Shown: one piece after another, positions 48,110 to 61,187 of the stretch
Position numbering within the stretch: the stretch's first letter is position 1
Layout: every line of letters begins with the position of its first letter
DNA from: Macrostomum lignano
Lineage: Eukaryota
NCBI GenBank assembly: GCA_002269645.1
Contig: NIVC01002219.1
Location: 1-64,000, forward strand
Length of the DNA stretch: 64,000 bases
Reading direction: 5' to 3'
The notes under the pieces: model-generated
The model's input: the letters and a program-made list of their open reading frames with translations, nothing else
Told to the model about the DNA's origin: nothing
Databases searched by the model: none
Position numbers and translations under genes: made by a program

Positions 48110-51100
48110 CCTTCGGGGTGGCCAATAAGCAAGGGACGAATCCTTTAAAATGAAAAGAATTCTTAGGGAGGGGGCTAGGAATCGAATTCTCATTTTAATT
48201 CTGGGGCTTATGTGCTAATAAAACATGCTTGTGTAGAATTATAAAACTGACAATTCAACCATACTTGCATTCTTTCAAAGCAATAGCGTACTACTTCTGT
48301 AGCGGTTCAAGCAGTACGCTCGGCAATGGCTGGAAAAGCAGCTACAGCAAAAAATATTGTTACCCAAAGGCAACACAGTTGCCTATCATGCAGAGGCATC
48401 ACTGGCGTTAAACAACAATTCCTTCTTCACTTTTAAAAATCACCTTATTCATGTAAAATTGTCACGGACAATGATATTTGCTATGAATCCCTTTTTTTTC
48501 TAAAATTAACAAACTGACAACAAAATATAGCTTTCACAAAGATAACAGACATTCCACCTAAATAGAAAATATTCCCAAGACAGCAAGTATCCCTCCAGAT
48601 AGCAAGCACCCCCCTCCAAAAGTAAGCAACAGCAGATAGCAAGCATCCCTTAATACACGTAGCAAGCTTCACCCCAGATAGCAAGCAACCTGCACATAGC
48701 AAGCATCCCTAGATACTGTAGAAGCATCCACCCAGATAGCAAGCATCCTGCAGATTGCAAGAATCCCTGAACAGCAAGCATCCCTGGACAGAAAGAATCC
48801 CATACAAGTAGCCAAGCTTATCAAGTGCAGTAGTCCTTGGTTTATCAAGTGCAGTAATCCTTGGTTTATCAAGCGCAATAATCCTTAGCTTATTAAGAGC
48901 AATAATCCTTGGCTTATTAAGAGCAGTAATCCTTGGTTTGCCAAGTGCAATAATCCTTACCTTATTATGAGCAATAATCCTTGGTTTATCAAGTGCAATA
49001 ATCCTTGGTTTATCAAGCGCAGTAATCCTTGGTTTATTGAGAGCAATTATCCTTAGCTTATTTAGAGCGATAATTCTTGGTTTATCAAGTACAGTAATCC
49101 TTGGTTTATCAAGTGCAGTAATCCTTGGTTTGCCAAGTGCAATAATCCTTGGCTTATTAGAGCGATAATTCTTGGTTTATCAAGTGCAGTAATCCTTGGT
49201 TTATCAAGTGCAGTAATCCTTGGTTTATCAAGTGCAGTAATCCTTGGTTTATCAAGCGCAATAATCCTTAGCTTATTAAGAGCAATAATCCTTGGCTTAT
49301 TAAGAGCAGTAATCCTTGGTTTGCCAAGTGCAATAATCCTTACCTTATTATGAGCAATAATCCTTGGTTTATCAAGTGCAATAATCCTTGGTTTATCAAG
49401 CGCAGTAATCCTTGGTTTATTGAGAGCAGTAATCCTTGGCTTATCAAGCGCAATAATCCTTAGCTTATTAAGAGCAATAATTCTTGGCTTATTAAGAGCA
49501 GTAATCCTTGGTTTGCCAAGTGCAATAATCCTTAGCTTATTAAGAGCAATAATCCTTGGTTTATCAAGCGCAGTAATCCTTGGTTTATTGAGAGCAATTA
49601 TCCTTAGCTTATTTAGAGCGATAATTCTTGGTTTATCAAGTACAGTAATCCTTGGTTTATCAAGTGCAGTAATCCTTGGCTTATCAAGCGCAGAAATTCT
49701 TGGTTTATTAAGAGCAATAATCCCTGGTTTATCAAGTGCAGTAATCCTTGGTTTATCAAGTGCAGTAATCCTTGGTTTGCCAATTGCGATAATCCTTGGC
49801 TTATTAAAAGCGATAATCCTTGGCTTATTAAGAGCAATAATCCTTGGTTATTGCTATCTTTATCTTAATAAACCTTCGGGGCGCCCAATAAGAAAGGAGC
49901 AAAAATAGTTCATGGAAAACAACAAAAAAGCACATTTTCTTAAACACCAATTCCTTCTTCACGTTTTAAAAATCACCTTATTCGTGTAAAATTGTCACGG
50001 ACTAAGATGTTTGCAAAATTAAAGAATCACTTTTTCTCTAAAATTAACAAACAGACAACAAAATATAGTTTCCCTAAATAGAACATATTCCCAAGACAGC
50101 AAGCAACCCCCTCCAAAAGTGAACAATCGCAGATAGCAAGCATCCTCTAATGCTCATAGCAAGAATAACCACAGATAGCAAGCATCTGCAGATTAGCAAG
50201 CATCCCCAGATAGCAAGCATCCACCCAGATAGCAAGCATCTGCAGACAGCAAGCATCCCCCAGATAGAAGCATCCACCCAGATAGCAAGCATTCTGCAGA
50301 TAGCAAGCACCCCCCAGATATTATAGAAGCATCCTGCAGATAGCAAGCACCCCCAGATATTATAGAAGCATCCACCCAGATAGCAAGCATCCTGCAGATA
50401 GCAAGAATCCCTAAATTGCAAGCATCCCTGGATAGAAAGAATCCCATACATGTAGCCAGTACCCCCTCTCCCAAATAGCAAGTATCCCCCCTCGAGAGCA
50501 AGCATCCACGAGACAGCAAGTAGCTAGTGCAAATGTTACTTCCGCTAATGCAATAATCGCTTTCTCAGGTTGTGCAACAATCCACGTCTCAGCGAGCGCA
50601 ATAATCTATTTTTTAGACAGCGCAGTAATCAGCTTCTCAGCTAGTGCAATAATCCTTGGCTTATCAAGTGCAATATTCCTTGATTTATCTAGTGCAATAT
50701 TCCTTATTATCAAAGTGCAATAATCCTTGGCTTATCAAGTGCAACATTCTTTACTATCAAGTGCAATAATCCATGGCTTATCAAGCGCTGTAATCTTTGG
50801 CTTATCAAGTGCAATAATCCTTGGTTTATTAAGTGCAATAATCCTTGGTTTATTAAGTGCAATAATCCTTGGTTTATCAAGTGCAATAATCCTTGGTTTA
50901 TTAAGTGCAATAATCCTTGGTTTATCAAGCGCAGTAATCTTTGGCTTATCAAGTGCAATAATCCTTGGTTTATCAAGCGCAGTAATCTTTCGCTTATCAA
51001 ATGCAATAATCCTTGGTTTATCAAGCGCAGTAATCTTTGGCTTATCAAGTGCAATAATCCTTGGTTTATCAAGTGCAATATTTGTTTATCAAGTGCAATA

Positions 51101-51360
51101 ATCCTTGGTTTATCAAGTGCAATAATCCTTGGTTTATCAAGTGCAATAATCCTTGGTTTATCAAGTGCAATAATCCTTGGTTTATCAAGTGCAATATTTG
51201 TTTATCAAGTGCAATAATCCTTTGTTTATCAAGCGCAGTAGTCCTTGGTTTATCAAGTGCATTAATCCTTGGCTTATCAAGTGCATCAATAGTCCTTGGT
51301 TTATAGAGTGCAGTAATCCTTGGTTTATTAATAGCAATAATCCTTGGCTTATCGAGTGCA
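48110..51360. repeat. Two tandem copies of a composite unit: conserved head + (GATAGCAAGCATCC..)n + 24-bp (ATAATCCTTGGTTTATCAAGTGCA)n
   Basis: Shared head CCTTCTTCAC..TTTAAAAATCACCTTATTC.TGTAAAATTGTCACGGAC at 48421 and ~49953; CCTTCGGGG..CCAATAAG at ~48110 and ~49874. Confidence 0.85.
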
Positions 51361-51439
51361 GTAATCTAAGTGTTTTTATTTAGTCCTTTAATAAAAGCTT
51401 TTAATAAAAAAATTTTACACTACTACTTTTAAACTACTT

Positions 51440-51495
51440 AGATTCGAACCCAGGTCGCTGCATTAGCAGTCTGGTCTGTTCAGCTCTAGGCTAGC
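51440..51495 (-). mobile_element. tRNA-derived (Ser-GCT-like) SINE head fragment
   Basis: TAGCCTAGAGCTGAACAGACCAGACTGCTAATGCAGCGACCTGGGTTCGAATC: B-box plus CTGCTAA anticodon-loop-like sequence. Confidence 0.4.
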
Positions 51496-52051
51496 TCTCA
51501 TCGAAGTTATCAGTGAATTTGTACCACTTATATAATTCAACACTCACACCAAGTCAGGTAGAGTAAAAAGTCACACGAAGCAGTTATGACATAATCAATT
51601 TCTTAGGCAAGTCAGTACCAGTGTCTATGAAAGTTAACAATATGGTTACGTAATATAAATTCAGTACTGCGCTATGCTTTCACACTCAAAGCTGTGACGC
51701 AATTCAATTGAGTGTCAAATTCAGCCAGTACACAGACGATAAATAAAAAAGCCTATTGTGATGCAATCTATTTCAGAATCAGAATTCAACCAGTCAGTTT
51801 TTTCTCTAGCATTCTTACAGTGCATTTTTCAAGTCGAAAAGTTTGCTTGACCTTTGCAAAAAAGCATGTTTTTCGAATATTTAATGCCTTTAGCATCGAG
51901 CAATTTCTTAGCCACGATGCATGTACAGTCACGGGAAAATTTCTGATCGAACAGTGCAAGTTCGAACAAAATCGGTCCAGCCATTTTTTCTCTAATCGAT
52001 CACATAGATTAGGGAGATGCCAGGGCTCGTGGGGCAGTTGCTGAGATGCTA

Positions 52052-52792
52052 ATGCCAATAAATAGATCGATTCGATGAGAGCTAGCCCAGATGTGGCAAG
52101 GCTGAACTGCTAATGCAGCGACAAAGGTTCGAATTTTGAGTGCAATGTTTCTATTCAAAGCTTTTATAATGTGACGAAAACTCAAGGAAAGAAAAAACAT
52201 AAAAGAAGCATCACATCGAACATAAAAGATGCGTAGAAACGTCACGTCGGAACATAAAAGAATCGTCATGTAAAACATAAAAGAAACGTAGAAGCGTCAC
52301 GTCGAACATAAAAGAAGCGTCATGACCAACATAAAAGAAGCGTCACGTCGAACATAAAAGAAGCGTCATGTCAAACATGAAAGAAGCGTCACGTCGAACA
52401 TAAAAGAAGCGTCACGTCGAACATAAAAGAAGCGTCATGTCAAACATAAAAGAAACGTAGAAGCGTCACGTCGAACATAAAAGAAGCGTCATGTCAAACA
52501 TAAAAGAAGCGTCACGTCGAACATAAAAGAAGCGTCATGTCAAACATAAAAGAAGCGTCACGTCGAACATAAAAGAAGCGTCACGTCGAACATAAAAGAA
52601 GCGTCACGTCCAACATAAAAGAAGCGTAGAAGCGTCACGTCCAACATAAAAGAAGCGTCACGTCGAACATAAAAGAAGCGTCACGTCAAACATAAAAGAA
52701 GCGTCACGTCAAACAAAAGAAGCGTCACGTCAAACGTAAAAGAAGCGTCACGTCAAACATCAAAGAAACATTATACCAATGCTCACTGCGGT
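52052..52792 (+). mobile_element. Putative SINE-like insert: tRNA-like head, 23-bp minisatellite (AACATAAAAGAAGCGTCACGTCG)n, flanked by a 15-bp direct repeat
   Basis: GTTGCTGAGATGCTA at 52037-52051 and 52793-52807; head ...GAACTGCTAATGCAGCGACAAAGGTTCGAAT at ~52080-52135; about 25 repeat units at 52195-52770. Confidence 0.5.
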
Positions 52793-53324
52793 GTTGCTGA
52801 GATGCTAGTGATGGTGACTTAACGATGCGTAGCTTTTAGCAGGTAAAACTTTTTCACCCAACACATTTCCTATTTCTTTGAATGTTAAATCCCAGAACGG
52901 AGACTAAGAAAGCTATGATAGTAAACTAAATGGATGTGTGAACACTGTTTGAAGTTTTAAAGCATTTTTGTCAAAGATGAAGTAAAAAACTTTTAAATAT
53001 AAACTCTGAGTAAATAGAGGCAGCAATGTCTTTGATCTCAGGAGAAAGCTCCGAAACAAAGGAACTCAAGCAGAGCAGTCCGCCCCCAGACTTATCGACT
53101 ACAATGAAGAGCATGAAAGCCAAGAAGACTTGCTCTCTACGATTGGCTGCGATCCCGCCTTTCACAGACTTTCTCCCCTGTCCCAATGGAATTGCCATCC
53201 GGCAGCAGCTCATAAAAAACCCGGTTGCAACCCGGTTGCCAAATCACTGCAGAAGAATTTATAAAGTGTATCGTCCTACAATTAGAAACACAAGAAATTG
53301 AAATCTTACTAGCTCTGCAGTGCC

Positions 53325-54825
53325 ATGGCTGAGCAATTTTTGTCATTAAAACTTGCTTTTCTATTCGGTAAGTGACTAAAATGCAGCTCCCACATTACTC
53401 GTATTTAAGACTGCCTAGATTGAAGCTTTTTACTGCACTCTGTTCTATACTGACTTCATTGCCCAAACGCAGTTTGCTGCTCTCTCGTGCTTCGAGTACA
53501 AGGCGACAGTTCGCGGACCTATTCTGTGTGCTCAGAGCAGTTGCTTCACATGCTCAAAGCCGTTCTGAACGCCTACAACAACTTCACGACAACAACCAAG
53601 GCCACTACTGCAATTGACTGTCTAGCAAAGTGCCAGAGGGTGAACTGCAGCGCTGCCGTCTCGGTGGAGAGCAATGCCACGTGCGAGATGGTCGCCATAA
53701 CAACCGCCAAGCTGTCAATCTCAGCAGATCAGGTGCAGCAAGTCATCGGATCTCAGGTCGGTGCGAAGGTGTGGAAGGCGGACGACAGCGACTGGCCTTC
53801 GCCTGCAATGCAGCTTCGGAGTGAGTCATCAATGCATTGTCTCAGTGTTGAGTGGTAACCATTATTTGGCACAGACAGAAATTGCACTCACTCCAGTTTT
53901 GTAACACGCTGACGCTGCTCCATTGCAGACAGCAGCACAGGTAGAAACGGCTCAATCCAATGCGTCCTCATCAACACGACCGGCTGCTACCTGATCAAAG
54001 CTGCCGGCGCCAGAGGTGGCGGAAACTTACTGACGAACACATCCGGAGGCCAGGGAGCCCAGGTGAGCGCCAGAGTCAACCTGACGGCCGGCACCCAGCT
54101 GAGCATCGTTGTGGGCCAGATGGGCGGCTCGACGTCGTTGGATATCGAAGGAGGCGGCGGAGGCGGCGGCAGCTTCGTGTACCGGACGGTCGACCGGCTG
54201 CTGCTGCTGGCTGCTGGCGGAGGCGGCGGAGCTTCCAGCATTAAAAATGGTGAGCTCAGTAGCTGCAGTTACTAGAAATTGTAAACTATGATAAGCAAAA
54301 ACCACTCGAATAAGCAGTTTGGCTGATTTCACTGCAGGACAACAGGGAGAGACTGGAATAAACGGTTCCGACAGCCTGGGTAGCCACGCCCACAACGGAT
54401 TCGGCGGAACCAACGGTCAGCCGGGCTCCAACAGCCCCGCTGACACCCCAAGCAATAGCAACCATGGCGGCTGCGGCGCCGGCTGGCTCGGCAGGGCCGT
54501 CAGCCCAAGGCGGAGCTCCTCGGACGGAGAGAGAGGCGGCAGTCTGGCCGACGGCTGGGTCGGCGGCAGCGCCGGAAACGGCAGCGTCTGCGACGGAGGC
54601 TTCGGCGGAGGCGGCGGAGGCGGCAGCAGGACCAGCTCAGTGAGAGGCGCCGCTGGAGCCGGCGGTGGCTTCAGCGGTGGCGGAGCTGGACTGGGCTACG
54701 GCCACTGCGGCGGCGGCGGCGGCTCCTTCTGCAGGGGCGGCTGCGTGTTCGGCGGCACCTGGACCGGCGACCAGGGCTTCGTGTCCGTGCTTCTGGAGTC
54801 GGCCGCCTGCGAGTCGGGCACCTGA
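53325..54825 (+). CDS. Secreted PAN/Apple + ALK/LTK-type glycine-rich-domain protein; exons 53325-53367, 53473-53820, 53929-54249 and 54338-54825 (399 aa)
   Basis: Three phase-1 GT-AG introns give one open frame. Signal peptide MAEQFLSLKLAFLFVCCSLVLRVQG; PAN core DCLAKCQRVNCSAA...TCEMV; glycine-rich-domain motifs YLIKAAGARGG, LSIVVGQMGG, GGGGGGGSFV, LLLAAGGGGG, GGFGGGGGG and GGGGGSF. Confidence 0.85.
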
Positions 54826-55316
54826 TGGCACTGCAACCGCTTGTTGAAGTGGGGATTGGCCAGTAATATTTTAACTCTGACGGTCACTGTTTAGGATATT
54901 CACAATCCTTAATCTGATTAGAGCGCTCTTCTATATGTAATCAATTTATACATTATGCTGTTAAACCAATGAATCAGTTTCAATACTACTCACCAACTTC
55001 TCATCACTAGTAGATTATGCGCATTTTAAAGTGCATAGCTTGAAACCCAAGCGATTTCAAGGCGAACCGTTGTAACTTTCACTCAAGATTTGTTAGATTT
55101 CTGATCAGCTTCGCTTTCATGCTTAGAAACCATTTGCTGTTTTCTTCCTGAAATCACGTCAAACTGAACTGTTTATTTAACTGATTCTTGAATCTTTAAC
55201 TGCTACTGATTTTGCACTCAATTCAACAAATGAATGCACTTTTAATTATAGTTTGACTGTTAAATATTTTCCTCAGTGATATAATGGCAGTCTTTTAAAA
55301 TATTTTTGCCCTTATC

Positions 55317-56062
55317 TCCGACTGACACATCTCCGACTGACACATCTCCGACTGACACATCTCCGACTGACAAATCTCCGACTGACGCATCTCCGACTGA
55401 CACATCTCCGACTGACACATCTCCGACTGACACATCTCCGACTGACACATCTCCGACTGACACATCTCCGACTGACACATCTCCGACTGACACATCTCCG
55501 ACTGACACATCTCCGACTGACACATCTCCGACTGACACATCTCCGACTGACACATCTCCGCCTGATAAATCTCCGCCTGATAAATCTCCGACTGACACAT
55601 CTCCGCCTGACAAATCTCTGACTGACACATCTTCGACTGACACATCTCCGACTGACACATCTCCGACTGATACATCTCCGACTGACACATCTCCGACTGA
55701 CACATCTCCGACTGACACATCTCCAAATGGTAAATCTCCGACTGACACATCTCCGACTGACACATCTCCGACTGACACATCTCCGACTGACACATCTCCG
55801 ACTGACACATCTCCGACTGACACATCTCCGACTGACACATCTCCGACTGACACATCTCCGACTGACACATCTCCGACTGACACATCTCCGACTGACACAT
55901 CTCCGCCTGACACATCTCCGCCTGACGCATCTCCGACTGACACATCTCCGACTGACACATCTCCGACTGACATATCTCCGACTGAGACATCTCCGATTAA
56001 CGGATCTCCGACGAATACAACCCTGACTGACATAAACTCCAGGTAACAAAACTTCGACTGAC
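55317..56062. repeat. 15-bp minisatellite (ACTGACACATCTCCG)n, about 48 copies; plus strand reads (TDTSP)n
   Basis: Directly visible in the sequence. Confidence 0.95.
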
Positions 56063-56658
56063 ACAAGTTTGTGTGTTTGAGTTTTTTGACCTAGTTCGTT
56101 ATGAACTAAATTGTGTAAATCAAATAATTTTGAATTAAATGAATATTAAAAAACAAATACTAGGTTAACAATCACATTATTATCAGTGGTAATAATCAAA
56201 AAAGTGTCCACAATCCTATTTGTTAGGTAGGCTACAAAATTCTACTTAATAATAATTTTGAGCTTAACAAAATTTAATAATCTGTCTAATTACCTGACAG
56301 CAAAAAATTTTTATGTAGCGCTAATTTTTCAAATGTAAATTAAATTTTCTGTTACTTTCTTCGTTTGCATTCGAGAAATTCATGCTATATATAGAATATA
56401 TTGTACTCAGTGTGACATATAGGGTAAATAAAAACTAGGCTATTAAGCTCACTTCAGACAAACAAAAATATTTTCATTCAAGTTCAAGGATCTAGCCTTA
56501 TCTAGCCTACGTCCTTAATGGCAGTCAGCTGAATTTCTTACTCAAACATCTTCAGCCATTGGATACTGCCAATGCTATCCTATTCCTATAAATTTGCTAT
56601 CAAATGCTCGAGCCTGGGGTAAATTTCAGTTGAAAGCATTAGACATTCAATTAGGAAT

Positions 56659-57814
56659 ATGTTTTTTAACAATAAAAATAAAATGCCTACGATTCAGACT
56701 TCAGCGCTCACTGTCTCCTGCCTGCTCAGCCTGCTGTCCGTCGCGTCCGGAGTCTGCGTCCGCTTCCGCGTCGTCTCTGGTTGCCCAGGAAACGTGAGCG
56801 ACCTGTCGCAGGTCAGCGGAGTTCGAGACCCTCGCACCTGCTCGGTGGAGTGCGCAGTGCGACCCAACTGCACCGCCGTGTTCAAGCGAGACGGCACTTG
56901 CTATCTGGCCACTGCCGCTCAGTATGAGGCGCTGTGGAGACCGCTGGACTGCGTCAGCGAGGTCAGTTGGCTTTTCCACCTTTGCTGTTAAACCAGTTTT
57001 GTGTAATTTGATCAGGCCAACCATCAGTGAGGCATAACTGTGAACTGCGCTATTTTATGTCCGGATTTTGTAGGTCGTTGACGATCGGCTTCCTTTCACC
57101 TCTGCCAAGGGAACAACAAAAGGTTTGGGTTTGGAGCTTGCCAACACTTTGCCCGTAGCCTCAACCACTGCTCCAACCTCAACCACTGCTCCAGCCTCAA
57201 CCACTGCTCCAGCCTCAACAACTGATCCAGCCTCAACCACTGCTCCAGCCTCAACCACCACCACTGCTCCAGCCTCAACCACTGCTCCAGCCTCAACCAC
57301 TGCTCCAGCCTCAACCACTGCTCCAGCCTCAACCACTGCTCCAGCCTCAACCACTGCTCCAGCCTCAACAACTGATCCAGCCTCAACCACTGCTCCAGCC
57401 TCAACCAGTGCTCCAGCCTCAACCACTGCTTCAACCTCAACCACAGCTCCAGCCTCAACCACTGCTCCAGCCTCAACCACTGCTCCAGCCTCAACCACTG
57501 CTTCAACCTCAACCACTGCTCCAGCCTCAACCAGTGCTCCAGCCTCAACCACTACTTCAAAACCGGAAGTCAAAATTGGTCGCGGAACTCTAGCTGCAAT
57601 AGCGGTTGAAAATGCTGACGATAAGACAGTTTCCGAAGTTTCGACACCGACTGAATCGAGTACTGTGTTCATTGCCTACAAAGAAGCAACAACAAAACCT
57701 GCTGAAGTCGCCAAGCCAACAACTGCCGTTCGGGAAGCTGCTTTTCGTAGAACAACGATGAAAAGTGATGAGAAGGGAATTTTGGAGAAAGTTGGAGATT
57801 TATTGCTTGGATAG
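56659..57814 (+). CDS. PAN-family gene 11 (paralog of gene 5); exons 56659 (or 56683)-56961 and 57074-57814
   Basis: Same phase-0 intron and tail (GILEKVGDLLLG*), longer PASTTA linker, different 5' end. Confidence 0.85.
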
Positions 57815-59852
57815 TGAAAGGAAAACTACAAATTAACTACGACAGGATTCAAGTGATCAGCAAAAATGAATAATGCCGAACTTGTTTTCGAAATTTTAGT
57901 CAAGGAAAAATACCATGCACCTTCGATGATAGCATCTGCTGTAGAGATGTCTGGTTTCCATATTTTTATTTGCTTTAGTTCTCAAAAGTTTGAAAGAGGT
58001 GGGCAATGATGATGTCATGAATGCTTCTCTCAGTTCAGATAAGAAGCTACTCAAGATTTCAAATTGCCGTCAATAAAAATGGCTGAGTTGAATTCCTTAA
58101 GCTGTTTTCTCCTATTCATTGCATTTATGTCCTTTTTTGCTAAAATAGAAGAAAATCGATTTATTCACTGATTGATGGACAGTCAAATGTCACAAGTTTA
58201 GTACATTTAAACTCTTCCGCTTCAGCTGTTGACACGCGCTTCAATCAAAATGCACTGGTACAGCATTTCCCTTGCGCATGAGGTTGATTCCTTTTGTGTA
58301 TAAAAAAGCCAATGTTTATGAAGTAGCTATTTATGCTACTTTTAAATATTTCTAAACTTTGCAAGTTCAGTCGCCTGTGCATCAGCGCCTAGCGCAAAAC
58401 TGCAACCTCAATTTCGATTGGAACGCACATCACTACAGACTGTTGCTCTGAGATGACCAGACGGAGACTTGTCACATCAGGAACTAATGCTTATCCAGCT
58501 GTCGTTGGATGCCCTCGACGTTTGGTGCCGACTCACGGGTCGCTTGGTGTTTCGAGGCTTTCCAAATCGACCAGGAAAGTGTTTTGTCTCTGCGAAGACT
58601 TGATTCTACATGTAGTTGCATGCTACAAGCATGGAAACAATGATAAAAATTACAGTCTTGGTGTAGGGTCGTGCTTGCCTGTTGGATATTTCACAGTTTT
58701 ACCTATAAAATTCCAAAAATAGATCTGTCTTCAAGGACTATGACCAGTATTACTCTGGTTTTTGTTCCGTGGTCAGCGTCTGCAGGAAATTAACATCCAT
58801 AAACTAAAACATGATACCAGCCAGCATGAGATTGACTAAAGCAATATTAAAGACACAGTCAATAGTTTCTACTCATCAGTAGACGATTTCTAGTCATCTT
58901 GCCTGAAAAGTTTAATATACTTAAATGGAATTTACACTACATATACAAATCTAGCCCACGAAATGGACAAATATATTTCTACATGGATAAGAAATAAAAA
59001 AATTACGAGAATTTCCATTCACAAACGCTCTCATACGAGTTATAAAGTCAGCTGGTCATTGATTCTAGCCAATACACTACTGGACAAATCAAATTAAAGG
59101 GAGGCTACACTGCATTCAAACCGCTTTTCGCTGTCTTTTTTCTGACCGCTTTTTAGCAACATATTGATATCTCAACTTCGACATGACTCAACTAAACATA
59201 GAACAAATATTTCATTGTATTAAATCGAGAGCAGTTTTGAGACGAAATTCTGAAATAAAGACAGAATTTGAGAACTTGAAGTGGTCCGAGCTACAAGCGA
59301 GCCCCGCCCGGCCAAGTTTCCTGCGCAGTTGCTCTGATTTGCTTCCTTTCTATAGGAAATTTCCCTGCAGTAGTTTGCATAGTTCACATAACTTCACATA
59401 AAAACATTAGCTTAATGAAAATGTGAATCGACCTACCGATTGGACAGCCGGCCTAACTATCAGATTTTAAAAATTAACCACGCAATACTTTGCCTTCCCA
59501 ATACTAAAATTCCACCCTGTCATAAAAATATCAGGGAAACCAGGCATTAAGAACTGAGAAATTGATTCAAATATAACATACCTCGTACAAGAGCTTTTGG
59601 TACTCTAACGGAAAGTCCGCAAACCTTAGCCAATCGTAGAACTTTTGCTCGGTAAAAGCCAATCAAAAAGCTAAAATAAAACTGAGGTTTTTCGCTTAAA
59701 GCATAATGTGGACATATTTTTCTTCAACTCCATCGACACACAAGAAGCAGCCGACACATTTAACACACGTTAATTAAATTAAAAATCTAATTAGCTCTTC
59801 TAAAAACTCCGCCTCCATTCATACCGAAAGTTCAATCCTTACATCTCAGAAG

Positions 59853-61187
59853 ATGCACCTGCCACATCACAGAATGCTGTCTGTGGCCTCTTGCCTGCTC
59901 AGCCTGCTGTCCGTCGCGTCCGGAGTCTGCGTCCGCTTCCGCGTCGTCTCGGGTTGCACCGGAAACGTGACCGACCTGTTTCGGGTTAACGGAGTTCGAG
60001 ACCCTCGCACCTGCTCGGTGGAGTGCGCAGTGCGACCCAACTGCACCGCCGTGTTCAAGCGAGACGGCACTTGCTATCTGGCCACCGCCGCTCAGTATGA
60101 GGCGCTGTGGAGACCACTGGACTGCGTTAGCGAGGTCAGTCGGTCTTTCTTGCTTTGTGATTAAAAATTGTTTTTGGGTAATTTGAGGCAAATGCGGCAA
60201 CATAACAATGAAAACTGCAGACTGAACGAAAGCAAAAGTTATTGGATTGAAAGTTCCTAGAATAACTTATATAAAGCAATGTCTATAAAACAAAGATAAA
60301 ACTCGATACGCTTCAAGCTAATGCCGCTCTTTTTTTAGGTCGTTGAGGGTCGGCTTCTATCCACCACTACTGAGGGAAAAAGTGCTGAGACTGACTCTGT
60401 CTCCACCACTGCTCCAGCCTCAACCACTGCCACTGCTCCAGCCTCAACCACTGCCACTGCTCCAGCCTCAACCACTGCCACTGCTCCAGCCTCAACCACT
60501 GCCACTGCTCCAGCCTCAACCACTGCCACTGCTCCAGCCTCAACCACTGCCACTGCTCCAGCCTCAACCACTGCCACTGCTCCAGCCTCAACCACTGCCA
60601 CTGCTCCAGCCTCAACCGCCGCCACTGCTCCAGCCTCAACCGCCGCCACTGCTCCAGCCTCAACCACTGCCACTGCTCCAGCCTCAACCACTGCCACTGC
60701 TCCAGCCTCAACCGCCGCCACTGCTCCAGCCTCAACCACTGCCACTGCTCCAGCCTCAACCACTGCCACTGCTCCAGCCTCAACCACTGCTTCAGCCTTA
60801 ACCACTGCCACTGCTCCAGCCTCAACCACTGCGCCAGCCTCAACCACTGCTCCAGCCTTAATCACCGCCACTGCTTCAGCCCCAACAACTGCTCCAGTCT
60901 CAACCACTGCTCCAGTCTCAACCACTGCTCCAGCCTCAAGCACTGCTCCAGCCTCAACCACTGCTCCAGCCTCAACCACTGCTCCAGCCTCAACCACTGC
61001 TCCAGTCTCAACCACTGCTTCAGCAAGCAGCACTGCGTGCGCATCAGCAGATCAATACTGCGGGATCGAAGGCGAATACCAGCAGCATTGCAGCAGTGAT
61101 GTTCATTATATGCAATGCTCCAACTATAAGTACATTCAGAGACAGTGCTCTCCCGGAACAAGCTGGTCCGCTGGCACATGCCCTTGA
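59853..61187 (+). CDS. PAN-family gene 12 (paralog of gene 6): PAN + mucin + CBM14-like domain; exons 59853-60134 and 60339-61187 (376 aa)
   Basis: Open frame; ends CSSDVHYMQCSNYKYIQRQCSPGTSWSAGTCP*. Confidence 0.85.

Noticed and set aside
49420-49908. Hydrophobic (SAIILGLL)n membrane-protein-like ORFs (also 50727-51101)
   Set aside because: Translations of a 24-bp minisatellite with frequent frame-breaking variants and alternative starts.
52195-52770. CRISPR-like array (also considered for the 57-bp repeat at 27651-27912 and the 24-bp repeats at 48.8-51.3 kb)
   Set aside because: The units are contiguous with no unique spacers, there are no cas genes, and the context is eukaryotic.
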